DNA of 64,000 bases from a virus. Location: UHGV virus genome UHGV-1368455. One strand, 5' to 3'. The translations under genes and the position numbers were made by a program. The notes under the pieces are model-generated. The model was not told the origin of the DNA and searched no databases. It worked only from the letters and a program-made list of their open reading frames with translations. Below are positions 1 to 8,183 of this stretch, piece after piece (position 1 is the first letter of the stretch; each line of letters begins with the position of its first letter).

Positions 1-18
1 CACTAAACCTATATTCTG

Positions 19-66
19 CCTCATTTATAGCCTCATTTATAGCCTCATTTATAGCCTCATTTATAG
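19..66. repeat. 4x perfect tandem 12-bp direct repeat (cctcatttatag); may continue upstream of the window
   Basis: Read directly: cctcatttatag repeated four times at 19-66, in non-coding DNA 3' of the minus-strand genes. Confidence 0.8.
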
Positions 67-144
67 CACCATTATTTTTTCTTATCTACAATATTATTAT
101 AATACCCCTTATTCTCTCTCACTTACAACATAATAATAAACTCA

Positions 145-480
145 TTACTCTTTTTTACTTTTACCTTTACGAAAATACTTCTTAACAATATCAACTATAT
201 TATTTATTGTAATATCTTTTACATAAGCACTTTCATCAATATTATTAGCTAATTCAGAAACACTTTGTTCTTTTTTATTATCATTACATTTAATAACAAA
301 AGGTACTTGTGCATTATCTTTTCTTTTAACTAATTCTTTTACAAGTTTATCAAAATCTACATCTTCAATTCTTGCACAAGGTACACTACCAATAAACTTA
401 TTATTTTTAGTATCAAATACACGAGCTTCTTCTACTTTAACCTTAAGTTCTCCCCAATCATAATTCACAATTTTATTCAT
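145..480 (-). CDS. hypothetical protein (111 aa)
   Basis: ORF on the minus strand; forms a divergent unit with 477..770 opposite the plus-strand gene block. Confidence 0.45.
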   Translation of the reverse strand: MNKIVNYDWGELKVKVEEARVFDTKNNKFIGSVPCARIEDVDFDKLVKELVKRKDNAQVPFVIKCNDNKKEQSVSELANNIDESAYVKDITINNIVDIVKKYFRKGKSKKE

Positions 481-770
481 AATTCTGGTACATTAAAAAC
501 ACTAACAACTATATTACTATTAATTTTATAATAATCTTTAGCTTCATTAATTTTAGATATTATACCTAAATCTATTAACTCAGTCATTGACGCATCATAA
601 GTATGATGATTAGTATATAATTTTTTAATAACATTCCATTTATCCATATAAATAATAAATGTTTTATCATCACAATAAGTAAGAATATAAATAAGAATAC
701 GATAACTAAGTAGATGTTTGAAATCATACTTAAGAACTTCACTTGGATTAATTGTACATCTAATATTCAT
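477..770 (-). CDS. hypothetical protein (97 aa)
   Basis: Minus-strand ORF overlapping 145..480 by 4 nt (coupled); no recognisable motif. Confidence 0.4.
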   Translation of the reverse strand: MNIRCTINPSEVLKYDFKHLLSYRILIYILTYCDDKTFIIYMDKWNVIKKLYTNHHTYDASMTELIDLGIISKINEAKDYYKINSNIVVSVFNVPEL

Positions 771-980
771 ATCATTATTAAGTTTACCTCTCGTATAACC
801 GGTTCTGTATTTACTATAATAATATATATAATATATATAATAATATATATAATAATATATATAATATTTATATTATATATATTATATATTATATATTATA
901 TTACAAATATATAATTATTTTCTGTATATATGCTATTATATCGCATTTTTTGTTATATTAGCACTCAAAATATGTAAGAT
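771..980. promoter_or_regulatory. AT-only divergent intergenic region with tandem repeats (ataatatatata x3-4, attatatatt x3); probable bidirectional promoters and/or a DNA-unwinding element
   Basis: Lies between the 5' ends of the minus-strand gene (770) and the plus-strand gene (981); extreme AT content and short tandem repeats. Confidence 0.4.
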
Positions 981-1421
981 ATGAAAGATATTAAAGTTCT
1001 TAATGAAAACGATATTAGTCTTGTTGATAAGACTAATTATCTTTATGCTGATAAAAACGATATTGTTTATTTACGTGCTACTGATTATTTTCCTATTTCT
1101 ATGTATTATGCTAATATTCTTGGTATGATATTTGATTTAGGTAAAGAAGATATTATTGTTATGAAATTTATACTTGAACATCCTAATATTACTAAACGAA
1201 AGATACGTGAGATGTATATTTATGAAACTAATAAAAGTAATATGACTTTTGAACGTGCTATTAAAGAACTTACTAATAAACGTATTATATGTGTAGACGT
1301 TGAAGATAATATTATTATTAATAGTAATTATAAACCTATCAATAATATTAATTATTCTAAATATATCGTTATTGACGCTACTGCCGCTACTAATCGTTAT
1401 ACCTCCCCCGTAGAGGGATAG
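981..1421 (+). CDS. hypothetical protein, possible winged-helix DNA-binding fold; C-terminal SPVEG and the stop codon are encoded by a copy of the dispersed motif
   Basis: First plus-strand ORF after the divergent region; segment TFERAIKELTNKRII resembles a winged-helix recognition helix (weak). Confidence 0.45.
   Translation: MKDIKVLNENDISLVDKTNYLYADKNDIVYLRATDYFPISMYYANILGMIFDLGKEDIIVMKFILEHPNITKRKIREMYIYETNKSNMTFERAIKELTNKRIICVDVEDNIIINSNYKPINNINYSKYIVIDATAATNRYTSPVEG
1403..1418 (-). repeat. dispersed GC-rich motif copy (CTCCCCCGTAGAGGGA orientation), in-frame; encodes SPVEG plus the stop codon
   Basis: Exact 16-mer read from sequence. Confidence 0.9.
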
Positions 1422-1479
1422 CTGGGACTGTGATATTGTTATTGATATTTATCTTTTAACTTATAAAACAAATAATGTT

Positions 1480-2070
1480 ATGATTACAATTAAAAGTACA
1501 AAAGCAAATTTTGGAGCTATCGTTCCAACTTCTCTTAATGAATTAAGTAAAGAAGTTCTTGAACAACTTGTTGAGAATATTAAATTGCCTAAACATTATG
1601 CTATTGTTTGTATGTGTTTTAAGACAAGTCTTTTTGATTTTATAGCTGTTGCTAAAAATCCGAAAGAAACTTCTGTCATGGTTATACCACTGCTGGCTAA
1701 AATTAGTGATGAAGATAAAGAACTTATTAATGCAGAAGTTGGTGATAAAATTATTATTGATAGAACTTCATTAGAACGTGGCTCACATCTTCATGTTCCT
1801 ACTATGATTTCTTCTAATAATTTGCGCAATTATATATTTAATGATAGTATATTAACTAAGGCTATACTTTCTAAAAATGTTTCAAGTGGAGAACTTGATG
1901 ATAATACTAAATTTGTTATTAAAAAAGGAAGTGATATTCCTATTTATGTTGTAGAATTTAAGATAGTAGCTGCGTCAGATATTAGAGCTTCTCTTGCTGT
2001 TGAAAGTAATATTAACGACCCTTGGATAGAAACTTGTTATCCTAAAACTGATACAGCAAAAGCCGAATGA
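1480..2070 (+). CDS. hypothetical protein (196 aa)
   Basis: ORF with phage-typical spacing; no motif recognised. Confidence 0.5.
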   Translation: MITIKSTKANFGAIVPTSLNELSKEVLEQLVENIKLPKHYAIVCMCFKTSLFDFIAVAKNPKETSVMVIPLLAKISDEDKELINAEVGDKIIIDRTSLERGSHLHVPTMISSNNLRNYIFNDSILTKAILSKNVSSGELDDNTKFVIKKGSDIPIYVVEFKIVAASDIRASLAVESNINDPWIETCYPKTDTAKAE

Positions 2071-2077
2071 GATAGAG

Positions 2078-2097
2078 TTATCCCTCTACGGGGTAGC
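2078..2097 (+). promoter_or_regulatory. intergenic motif copy (T variant) TTATCCCTCTACGGGGTAGC, containing mini-hairpin CTAC-GGG-GTAG; followed by an unusually GC-rich 50-bp spacer
   Basis: Same 20-mer recurs intergenically at 18047 and 29510, with a variant at 10753, all in the gene orientation. Confidence 0.5.
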
Positions 2098-2148
2098 CCG
2101 ACAAGCAAGGCGAAGCGGAGCGTAGCCTGTGTTTAAGCTATAATTGCT

Positions 2149-2676
2149 ATGACGGACGAACTCAATAAAGAAGTAACATCTATTGATGATATTGATTATA
2201 CTATTCATGAAGTCAATTTATATGATGTTATTAAAGAATGTAAATTCAAAGATGAAGATGATGAATATATTTGTAAAATGATTATTACTAATCTTGAAAC
2301 TATGGCAGCTAAGGAACTTAAGGAACTTAAAACTGTTTCTTTACCTGCAATAGGTCAACTTCGTATTAATCCTATTAATAGACAACTTAGAGATAATAAA
2401 GTTAAGCTTTCTACTATGCGTAAAATACTTGGCAAAGAACGATATAAAACTTATGTTAGAGAAACGGTTTTAGATTTGAAAAGAAAGCAAGAAGAATTTG
2501 ATAAACAAAAATTGTTTATAAAAAGACTTAGAAGTCATAATAAAGTTAAATATGAAAAACTTTGCCGAAGTATTAATCGTTCTTATGCTGAATTATATCT
2601 TAAATCTATTGCTTGGTTAAATGAAATACCTTTTAATCAAGAATTTGAAGATAGATATAAAGAATTAAAATATTAA
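2149..2676 (+). CDS. hypothetical protein (175 aa)
   Basis: ORF; no motif recognised. Confidence 0.5.
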   Translation: MTDELNKEVTSIDDIDYTIHEVNLYDVIKECKFKDEDDEYICKMIITNLETMAAKELKELKTVSLPAIGQLRINPINRQLRDNKVKLSTMRKILGKERYKTYVRETVLDLKRKQEEFDKQKLFIKRLRSHNKVKYEKLCRSINRSYAELYLKSIAWLNEIPFNQEFEDRYKELKY

Positions 2677-2679
2677 GAT

Positions 2680-3297
2680 ATGGCTGCTGTTGGAGTTATA
2701 ATTGAAAAGATGTTGACGATAGATGATACTGGTATGCCAAAAGCTCCAACTCTTCGTCAAATACAAGATAAAGATGTTGCTCTATTATGGCAACGTGATA
2801 CTTCAAAAGATAAACATAAATATATTGGTGAAGTTGGTATTATTTATTATTTAGGCGACCCTAAAAGTCCTGCTCGGCAACAAGGTCTTACTGATGCAGA
2901 AGCATTACAAATGGCTATTGATAATTTTAATCTTCCAAAAGATTATCAGCCTGATAGTTTAATTACTAAACTTATTGCTAAATATTATAAACAAAATATT
3001 ACTGAAGCTGGAGTTGCATTGGAAGCATTGCATAAATCTATTCATCTTGTTTCTATTGCTGCTGTCAAAATTAATGATATGCTAAATAAAAAATTATCTA
3101 ACGCTTTATCTGATGAAGATATTACATCTACGCTTACAATGATGGATGCGGTTAGTAAACGTGTTGCTGAAATACCATCGCTTACTAAAGCTCTTGCAAC
3201 TGCTTATGACAATCTTCGTAATGAAGAAGAAGAGCAACTTGCACGTGGTGGTAAGAAGATTCTTTCAAGTATGGATGCTGATGAAGATATAATATAA
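2680..3297 (+). CDS. hypothetical protein (205 aa)
   Basis: ORF 4 nt after the previous stop. Confidence 0.5.
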   Translation: MAAVGVIIEKMLTIDDTGMPKAPTLRQIQDKDVALLWQRDTSKDKHKYIGEVGIIYYLGDPKSPARQQGLTDAEALQMAIDNFNLPKDYQPDSLITKLIAKYYKQNITEAGVALEALHKSIHLVSIAAVKINDMLNKKLSNALSDEDITSTLTMMDAVSKRVAEIPSLTKALATAYDNLRNEEEEQLARGGKKILSSMDADEDII

Positions 3298-3300
3298 GTT

Positions 3301-4299
3301 ATGTTTACACTTCGCGATACAAGATATAATGATGTACGATTAATATTTAAAGAAGAAGGTCATAGTTATACTGATACCTTTGGAAATAAATATCTTTCAA
3401 CAACTACTCTTTTACATAATTATAAAGAACCTTTTGACCGTGATTATTGGTTGAAGAAAAAAGCTAAGGAATTAAATATATCTGAAGCACGACTTGCTAA
3501 ACAATGGCAAGATATTACTAACGAGGCTTGCGAAAGAGGAACAAGAACTCATAATGGACTTGAAGACGGTATTAAAGGTTCATCTATGTTTCGCGAAGCT
3601 GTTAAATATATGATACGACCAAACGGCGAAATGATTACTGTTGCTGATATTCCTAATATAGATATTAATGTAAAAGAGCTTGATATTAAAGAATTTATAG
3701 ATTCTACTGAAAATAAATATCCTGAAATATATAATGTATTTAATTATTATACAAATAGAGGATATAAAATTTATTCAGAGATTGGAAGTTTTCTTATAGA
3801 CTTTCTTGTTTCTGGTACTATTGATGTTTTATGTCTTAGAGAAGATGGTTTTGTTATTGGCGATTGGAAAACTAATCGTGGCGGATTAATTTTTGAAAGT
3901 GGTTATTATAAAAAAGATAAACGTACTAAACCTGCTCAAATGACTAATGAATGGATTAGTACTAATAAAACACTTTTAGCTCCTGTTAATAATCTTCCTG
4001 ATTGTAATGGTAGTATTTATAATCTTCAAACTTCTATGTATGCTTTTATGGTAGAGCATATTCTTGGTATTCCTTGTAGAGGTATTTGGCTTTGTCATAT
4101 TGATTCTGATTTTGTTCTTAATGAATATGGAATGCCAAAACGTTTTCCTGATGGTCTTTATCATATTAGAAAAAATCCTAAAGAAAAAGTTTCTTTATTT
4201 AAGATGAATTATCTTCGTGATGAGATTGTTCGTATTCTTAAAGATAGAAGACGAGTAGTTGATGCAGAACGTGTTAGAAGTAAAGATTTGTTTGAATGA
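3301..4299 (+). CDS. PD-(D/E)xK family nuclease (RecB/Cas4/YqaJ-like exonuclease)
   Basis: Motifs in order: IDVLCL (Asp), IGDWKT (D/ExK), QTSMY (QxxxY of RecB-family nucleases). Confidence 0.55.
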   Translation: MFTLRDTRYNDVRLIFKEEGHSYTDTFGNKYLSTTTLLHNYKEPFDRDYWLKKKAKELNISEARLAKQWQDITNEACERGTRTHNGLEDGIKGSSMFREAVKYMIRPNGEMITVADIPNIDINVKELDIKEFIDSTENKYPEIYNVFNYYTNRGYKIYSEIGSFLIDFLVSGTIDVLCLREDGFVIGDWKTNRGGLIFESGYYKKDKRTKPAQMTNEWISTNKTLLAPVNNLPDCNGSIYNLQTSMYAFMVEHILGIPCRGIWLCHIDSDFVLNEYGMPKRFPDGLYHIRKNPKEKVSLFKMNYLRDEIVRILKDRRRVVDAERVRSKDLFE

Positions 4300-4604
4300 A
4301 AAAATTGATATTATTAGTAAGTATTGTGATACTTACTTCTTGTACTTCCGAAACTGCTGTACAAGTTAAATACATTCCTATATATGATACTATTGATGTA
4401 GAAGATACACAACGTATAATTGCTCTTCAAAGACAACTTGATTTAACAAGAGATAGTCTTACTTATGTTAAAGATAGTCTTGGTGAAGATTTGTTTGTTG
4501 CTAAATATAAACTTGGACGTATTAAATATTATAATGATATTGCTAAAAAGGGTAATAATATTAAATATCTTAGAGGTTGGATTAATAGAGTATTAAATGA
4601 ATAA
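4296..4604 (+). CDS. lipoprotein (candidate o-spanin-like or superinfection-exclusion lipoprotein)
   Basis: N-terminus MKKLILLVSIVILTSC has a signal peptide and LTSC lipobox; its ATG overlaps the upstream stop as ATGA. Confidence 0.5.
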   Translation: MKKLILLVSIVILTSCTSETAVQVKYIPIYDTIDVEDTQRIIALQRQLDLTRDSLTYVKDSLGEDLFVAKYKLGRIKYYNDIAKKGNNIKYLRGWINRVLNE

Positions 4605-4607
4605 ACT

Positions 4608-4868
4608 ATGAGAGAAAGAACTATTATATGTGAAGGAAATAACTCTAACAGAAAGTTTAGAGTAGTTAGAGATATTTATAGTCGATTTGGTATTGACTTA
4701 AATAATTATCATGTGTATACTGATATATTTTATGAAATGGAATATAAATTACAAGTTAAAATACTATGGTTTTGGGTTACTATTAAAACTAATCAATCTT
4801 ATAAAGAAGAAGATGCCGATTATCTTTATAAAATAACTGTTTGTGATTTTAATCGTTTAGTAGATTGA
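4608..4868 (+). CDS. hypothetical protein (86 aa)
   Basis: ORF between the lipoprotein and the endolysin. Confidence 0.4.
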   Translation: MRERTIICEGNNSNRKFRVVRDIYSRFGIDLNNYHVYTDIFYEMEYKLQVKILWFWVTIKTNQSYKEEDADYLYKITVCDFNRLVD

Positions 4869-4869
4869 T

Positions 4870-5298
4870 ATGGCTAAATTTGATATAGAATTTGATAAGG
4901 TTATTAAAGCTGAAGGTGGGTATGTTGATGACCCTGACGACGCCGGTGGAGAAACTTATCTTGGCATAAGCCGTAAAGCTCATCCTTATTGGAGTGGTTG
5001 GAAGATAATAGATAAGATTAAAAAACAATATGGTACTAAGAATATTACTAAACGTCTTAAAGAAAATGATGAACTTACTTCTCTTGCTAAGAATATTTAT
5101 AAAAACGATTATTGGAATGTATTTGAACTTGATGATATTCCAAGTCAAGATATAGCTCATCAAATGTTCGATACCGCTGTTAATTGTGGAGCTTCTCGTG
5201 CAATACGTATTGCTCAACAAATTATAGGTATGACTGTTACTGGTAAATGGAGCGAAGAACTTAAATATAATCTTATGCAATATGGAAAGGAAAACTAA
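4870..5298 (+). CDS. endolysin, GH108-type N-acetylmuramidase
   Basis: N-terminal EGGYVDDPDDAGGETYLGIS matches the GH108 signature EGGYxxDxxDxGGxTxxGI with the catalytic Glu. Confidence 0.75.
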   Translation: MAKFDIEFDKVIKAEGGYVDDPDDAGGETYLGISRKAHPYWSGWKIIDKIKKQYGTKNITKRLKENDELTSLAKNIYKNDYWNVFELDDIPSQDIAHQMFDTAVNCGASRAIRIAQQIIGMTVTGKWSEELKYNLMQYGKEN

Positions 5299-5575
5299 AA
5301 TATGGATAATTATAATTACTCTAATTGCACTTCTTGTGGGTTGTATTATTGGTGTTGTAATCAAACAGAACAAAATCCATACACCTGCCAAATATCAACC
5401 TATTGATACATCGTATAATAAAGTTGTTTTAGATTCTATTGAATATCGTATTATAGAAAAAGATTCTACTATTAAGAAAATTAAATATCAAATGAAGTAT
5501 GAAGTTAATAAAGTTTATACTCTTGACGATAGTGCTACTGTTAAATTGTTTTATCGGTTATGCACAAGTGAATAG
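5282..5575 (+). CDS. membrane protein with N-terminal signal anchor (lysis-associated candidate: holin, antiholin or i-spanin-like)
   Basis: IWIIIITLIALLVGCIIGVVI transmembrane segment; overlaps the endolysin 3' end by 17 nt. Confidence 0.4.
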   Translation: MERKTKIWIIIITLIALLVGCIIGVVIKQNKIHTPAKYQPIDTSYNKVVLDSIEYRIIEKDSTIKKIKYQMKYEVNKVYTLDDSATVKLFYRLCTSE

Positions 5576-5909
5576 GAATGTTCCCTCTACGGGGGAGATA
5601 AAACTATCTGATACGACAAATGTTATAATTCCTATTAATTATATTAAACAAGCTAATGTTAAAATGATTGAAAGACTTTATCTACTGCGTATTACTAATG
5701 AACAAGATTCTATAATACTTATGAAAGACAAATATATTAATGAACAACAAAAAATTATTGTTGATTTTCAACAAAGAGTAAAAGAAGCTAATAAGATTAA
5801 TCAACAAATCAATACTGATTTAGTCAAACAACGTTCTAAATTTACGACTATTTGTTGGGGAGGAGGAGGTGTTATTATTGCTTTATTAATAGGATTATTA
5901 GTAAAATAA
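5499..5909 (+). CDS. membrane protein with N-terminal hydrophobic segment, central coiled coil and C-terminal TM (lysis-associated candidate); start uncertain
   Basis: Out-of-frame overlap with 5282..5575 resembles embedded spanin architecture; C-terminal GGGGVIIALLIGLLVK. Confidence 0.35.
   Translation: MKLIKFILLTIVLLLNCFIGYAQVNRNVPSTGEIKLSDTTNVIIPINYIKQANVKMIERLYLLRITNEQDSIILMKDKYINEQQKIIVDFQQRVKEANKINQQINTDLVKQRSKFTTICWGGGGVIIALLIGLLVK
5582..5597 (+). repeat. dispersed motif copy TCCCTCTACGGGGGAG (in-frame, PSTGE)
   Basis: Exact 16-mer. Confidence 0.9.
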
Positions 5910-5914
5910 ATATT

Positions 5915-8158
5915 ATGGCAGAAACTAATTATCCATTTCTTGATTTTATAGAAGAAGATAAGTCGCATTATAAACACGCCAAAGATGTTGGTTATGTTGA
6001 TGATGACGACTTATTTCTTATTGGAGATAGCGGTGGCTTTCTTATGAATATTCGGTCTGGATGGAAATTTATTAATACACATCTATTTTATGAAGTTGCC
6101 GATTATTATAGAGAATATAATAGATTTACTAATTATAAAGTAGATTCTATACCACATCGTCAATTTAGACGTCGAGAGCAATATCGTAGATTACATGGAT
6201 ATAGTGCTCCTTGTTTACAAGCTCCTGATGGTAGTATTCATAATGTTCGTATTACTGGTAGTCATTATAATTTTCTTAATTATTGTCGTATTGAACAACT
6301 TGATGAAAGAACAATTAATAAAGGTGCTGTAAGTACTGCTAAAAAACATTACGATTTTCCTAAATTTTTTGATAGTCAATTTTGGGTTTTTCATATTATG
6401 GAATTTGCAGAAAAAAATGGTTTTCATCTTCTTATTGATAAAACACGTCGTGGTGGTTTTTCTTATATGATGGCCGCTGATTCTGCAAATAGTGTTAATT
6501 GTCAATCTCGAAAAGTCGTTATTCACGTTGCTGTTGATAAAAAATATCTAACACAAACAGGTGGTCTTACAGACTTTGCTGTTAATGATTTGAAATTCTA
6601 TGAAGAAAATACTCCCTTTGTTCGTGGTATATATAGTAGCATTAAGTCTGATTTTAGGCTTGGCTATAAATTGCCTAATGGTATCGAAGCTGATAAGTCT
6701 TGGCGTTCTGCTCTTATTAGTGTCAGTGCTGCAAATAATCCAGATTGTGCTATCGGTAAAGATGCTGTTAAAGTAAAAGTAGAAGAGGTTTCTACTATGG
6801 ATAATTTTGATGAATTTATGAATGTTACTGAACCTGCTATGCGAACAGGTGCTTATACTACTGGTATGCTTTGTGCTTGGGGTACTGCTACATCTGGAGA
6901 TATGCAAACTTTTGAACGTAATTTCTATGATGTTAAAGGCTTTAATTTTATGCCTTTTGAAAATGTTTGGGATAGAGATTGTCGTAATGAAGTTTGTGGT
7001 TTCTTTAAGCCTTATTGTTGGGGTCTTCAAGGAGAAATTAAAGGTGTTAAAGGAGTTGATGAAGACGGTAATAGTAATATAAGAATAGGTCTTGAAATTT
7101 CTCGTCAAGAAAGAATAAAGAAAAAGAATAGTGTTAAACGTTATTCTGATTATATTAACTATCTTGGTCAGTATGCTAATTTTCCATCTGAATCTTTTAG
7201 TAGTGCTACTGAAAATATATTTAGTTCTGAAGCATTAACTGCTTGGGAAGATAGACTTCGTGTTGATTCTGATTTGCATTTTTATACTGACGGAATGCTT
7301 GAAATGCAAGGAGATAATGTTGTATTTAAAAGTAATGAACGTTTACATTCTGAAGGTAAAGAAGTATCTGAATATATACTCGGTGTTCCTCGTCGTAGTC
7401 ATGAATCTCCTTATGGTTGTATTAGACGATGGTTTGCTCCTGAATATGAAGAAGTTTCTGTTAATGGTAAATTAATTAAACAAATACCTGCCGGTCTTTA
7501 TAGTATATGTTATGACCCTGTTGGTGTTGATAAAAATAAAGATGAGCTTACTCTTAAATATTCTCATAATGCTATTTTTGTATTTATGAATCCAAGTATT
7601 CTTAATGGTTATAAAGAGAAACTTGTAGCTGCTTATTATGGTCGTCACGATAGACTTGAACAAGATGATAGAATATGTTATATGCTTGCTAAGTATTATA
7701 ATTGTATTGGAAGTGTTTGTGTCGAAATTAACCGTGGTGAAACTGTTTCTAACTTTCGTAAATGGAATGCTTTACAATATCTTGATTGTGAAGATTTAAT
7801 AGTTTGGGATGCTACTTTTAAAGGTAAAATAAATACTACTTATGGATATAGTATGGCTGGTGAACAAAAGAAGCTTGATGCTATACGATTACTTAAAGAA
7901 TATCTTTATGAAGTTATTGGTAAAGATGAAAATGGAAATGATATTTATAATTTTCATAGAATACTTGATTATCAAACTATACTTGAATTAAAGAAATATA
8001 GTCTTAAAGGTAACTTTGACCGTGTTTCTTCTTTACTACTTAGAGCTATTGAATGGAAAGGTAAACAACTTAGAGCACAAGATGAACTTAATAGTCGTAA
8101 AGAACTTACTGGTGTTAATATTGATAATCAAGATATATTACAAAGAGAATGGTTTTAA
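5915..8158 (+). CDS. putative terminase large subunit (start taken at MAETNYPF; the longer ORF begins at 5852)
   Basis: Sits immediately upstream of the portal, about 750 aa; candidate RNase-H-like nuclease strand ICYDPVGVD; no canonical Walker A lysine seen by eye (TRRGGFS). Confidence 0.4.
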   Translation: MAETNYPFLDFIEEDKSHYKHAKDVGYVDDDDLFLIGDSGGFLMNIRSGWKFINTHLFYEVADYYREYNRFTNYKVDSIPHRQFRRREQYRRLHGYSAPCLQAPDGSIHNVRITGSHYNFLNYCRIEQLDERTINKGAVSTAKKHYDFPKFFDSQFWVFHIMEFAEKNGFHLLIDKTRRGGFSYMMAADSANSVNCQSRKVVIHVAVDKKYLTQTGGLTDFAVNDLKFYEENTPFVRGIYSSIKSDFRLGYKLPNGIEADKSWRSALISVSAANNPDCAIGKDAVKVKVEEVSTMDNFDEFMNVTEPAMRTGAYTTGMLCAWGTATSGDMQTFERNFYDVKGFNFMPFENVWDRDCRNEVCGFFKPYCWGLQGEIKGVKGVDEDGNSNIRIGLEISRQERIKKKNSVKRYSDYINYLGQYANFPSESFSSATENIFSSEALTAWEDRLRVDSDLHFYTDGMLEMQGDNVVFKSNERLHSEGKEVSEYILGVPRRSHESPYGCIRRWFAPEYEEVSVNGKLIKQIPAGLYSICYDPVGVDKNKDELTLKYSHNAIFVFMNPSILNGYKEKLVAAYYGRHDRLEQDDRICYMLAKYYNCIGSVCVEINRGETVSNFRKWNALQYLDCEDLIVWDATFKGKINTTYGYSMAGEQKKLDAIRLLKEYLYEVIGKDENGNDIYNFHRILDYQTILELKKYSLKGNFDRVSSLLLRAIEWKGKQLRAQDELNSRKELTGVNIDNQDILQREWF

Positions 8159-8183
8159 TGATTAAATATATAATTGTGAAACA

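Noticed and set aside
19-66. CRISPR array
   Set aside because: Units are 12 bp and directly tandem with no spacers.
714-914. 66-aa plus-strand ORF across the AT repeat region
   Set aside because: Its translation is pure low-complexity I/Y/N from (TA)n repeats in an intergenic spacer; spurious.
4849-5391. 180-aa minus-strand ORF antisense to the endolysin gene
   Set aside because: Fully overlaps the confidently identified GH108 endolysin on the opposite strand; its hydrophobic low-complexity translation is typical of antisense artefacts in AT-rich DNA.
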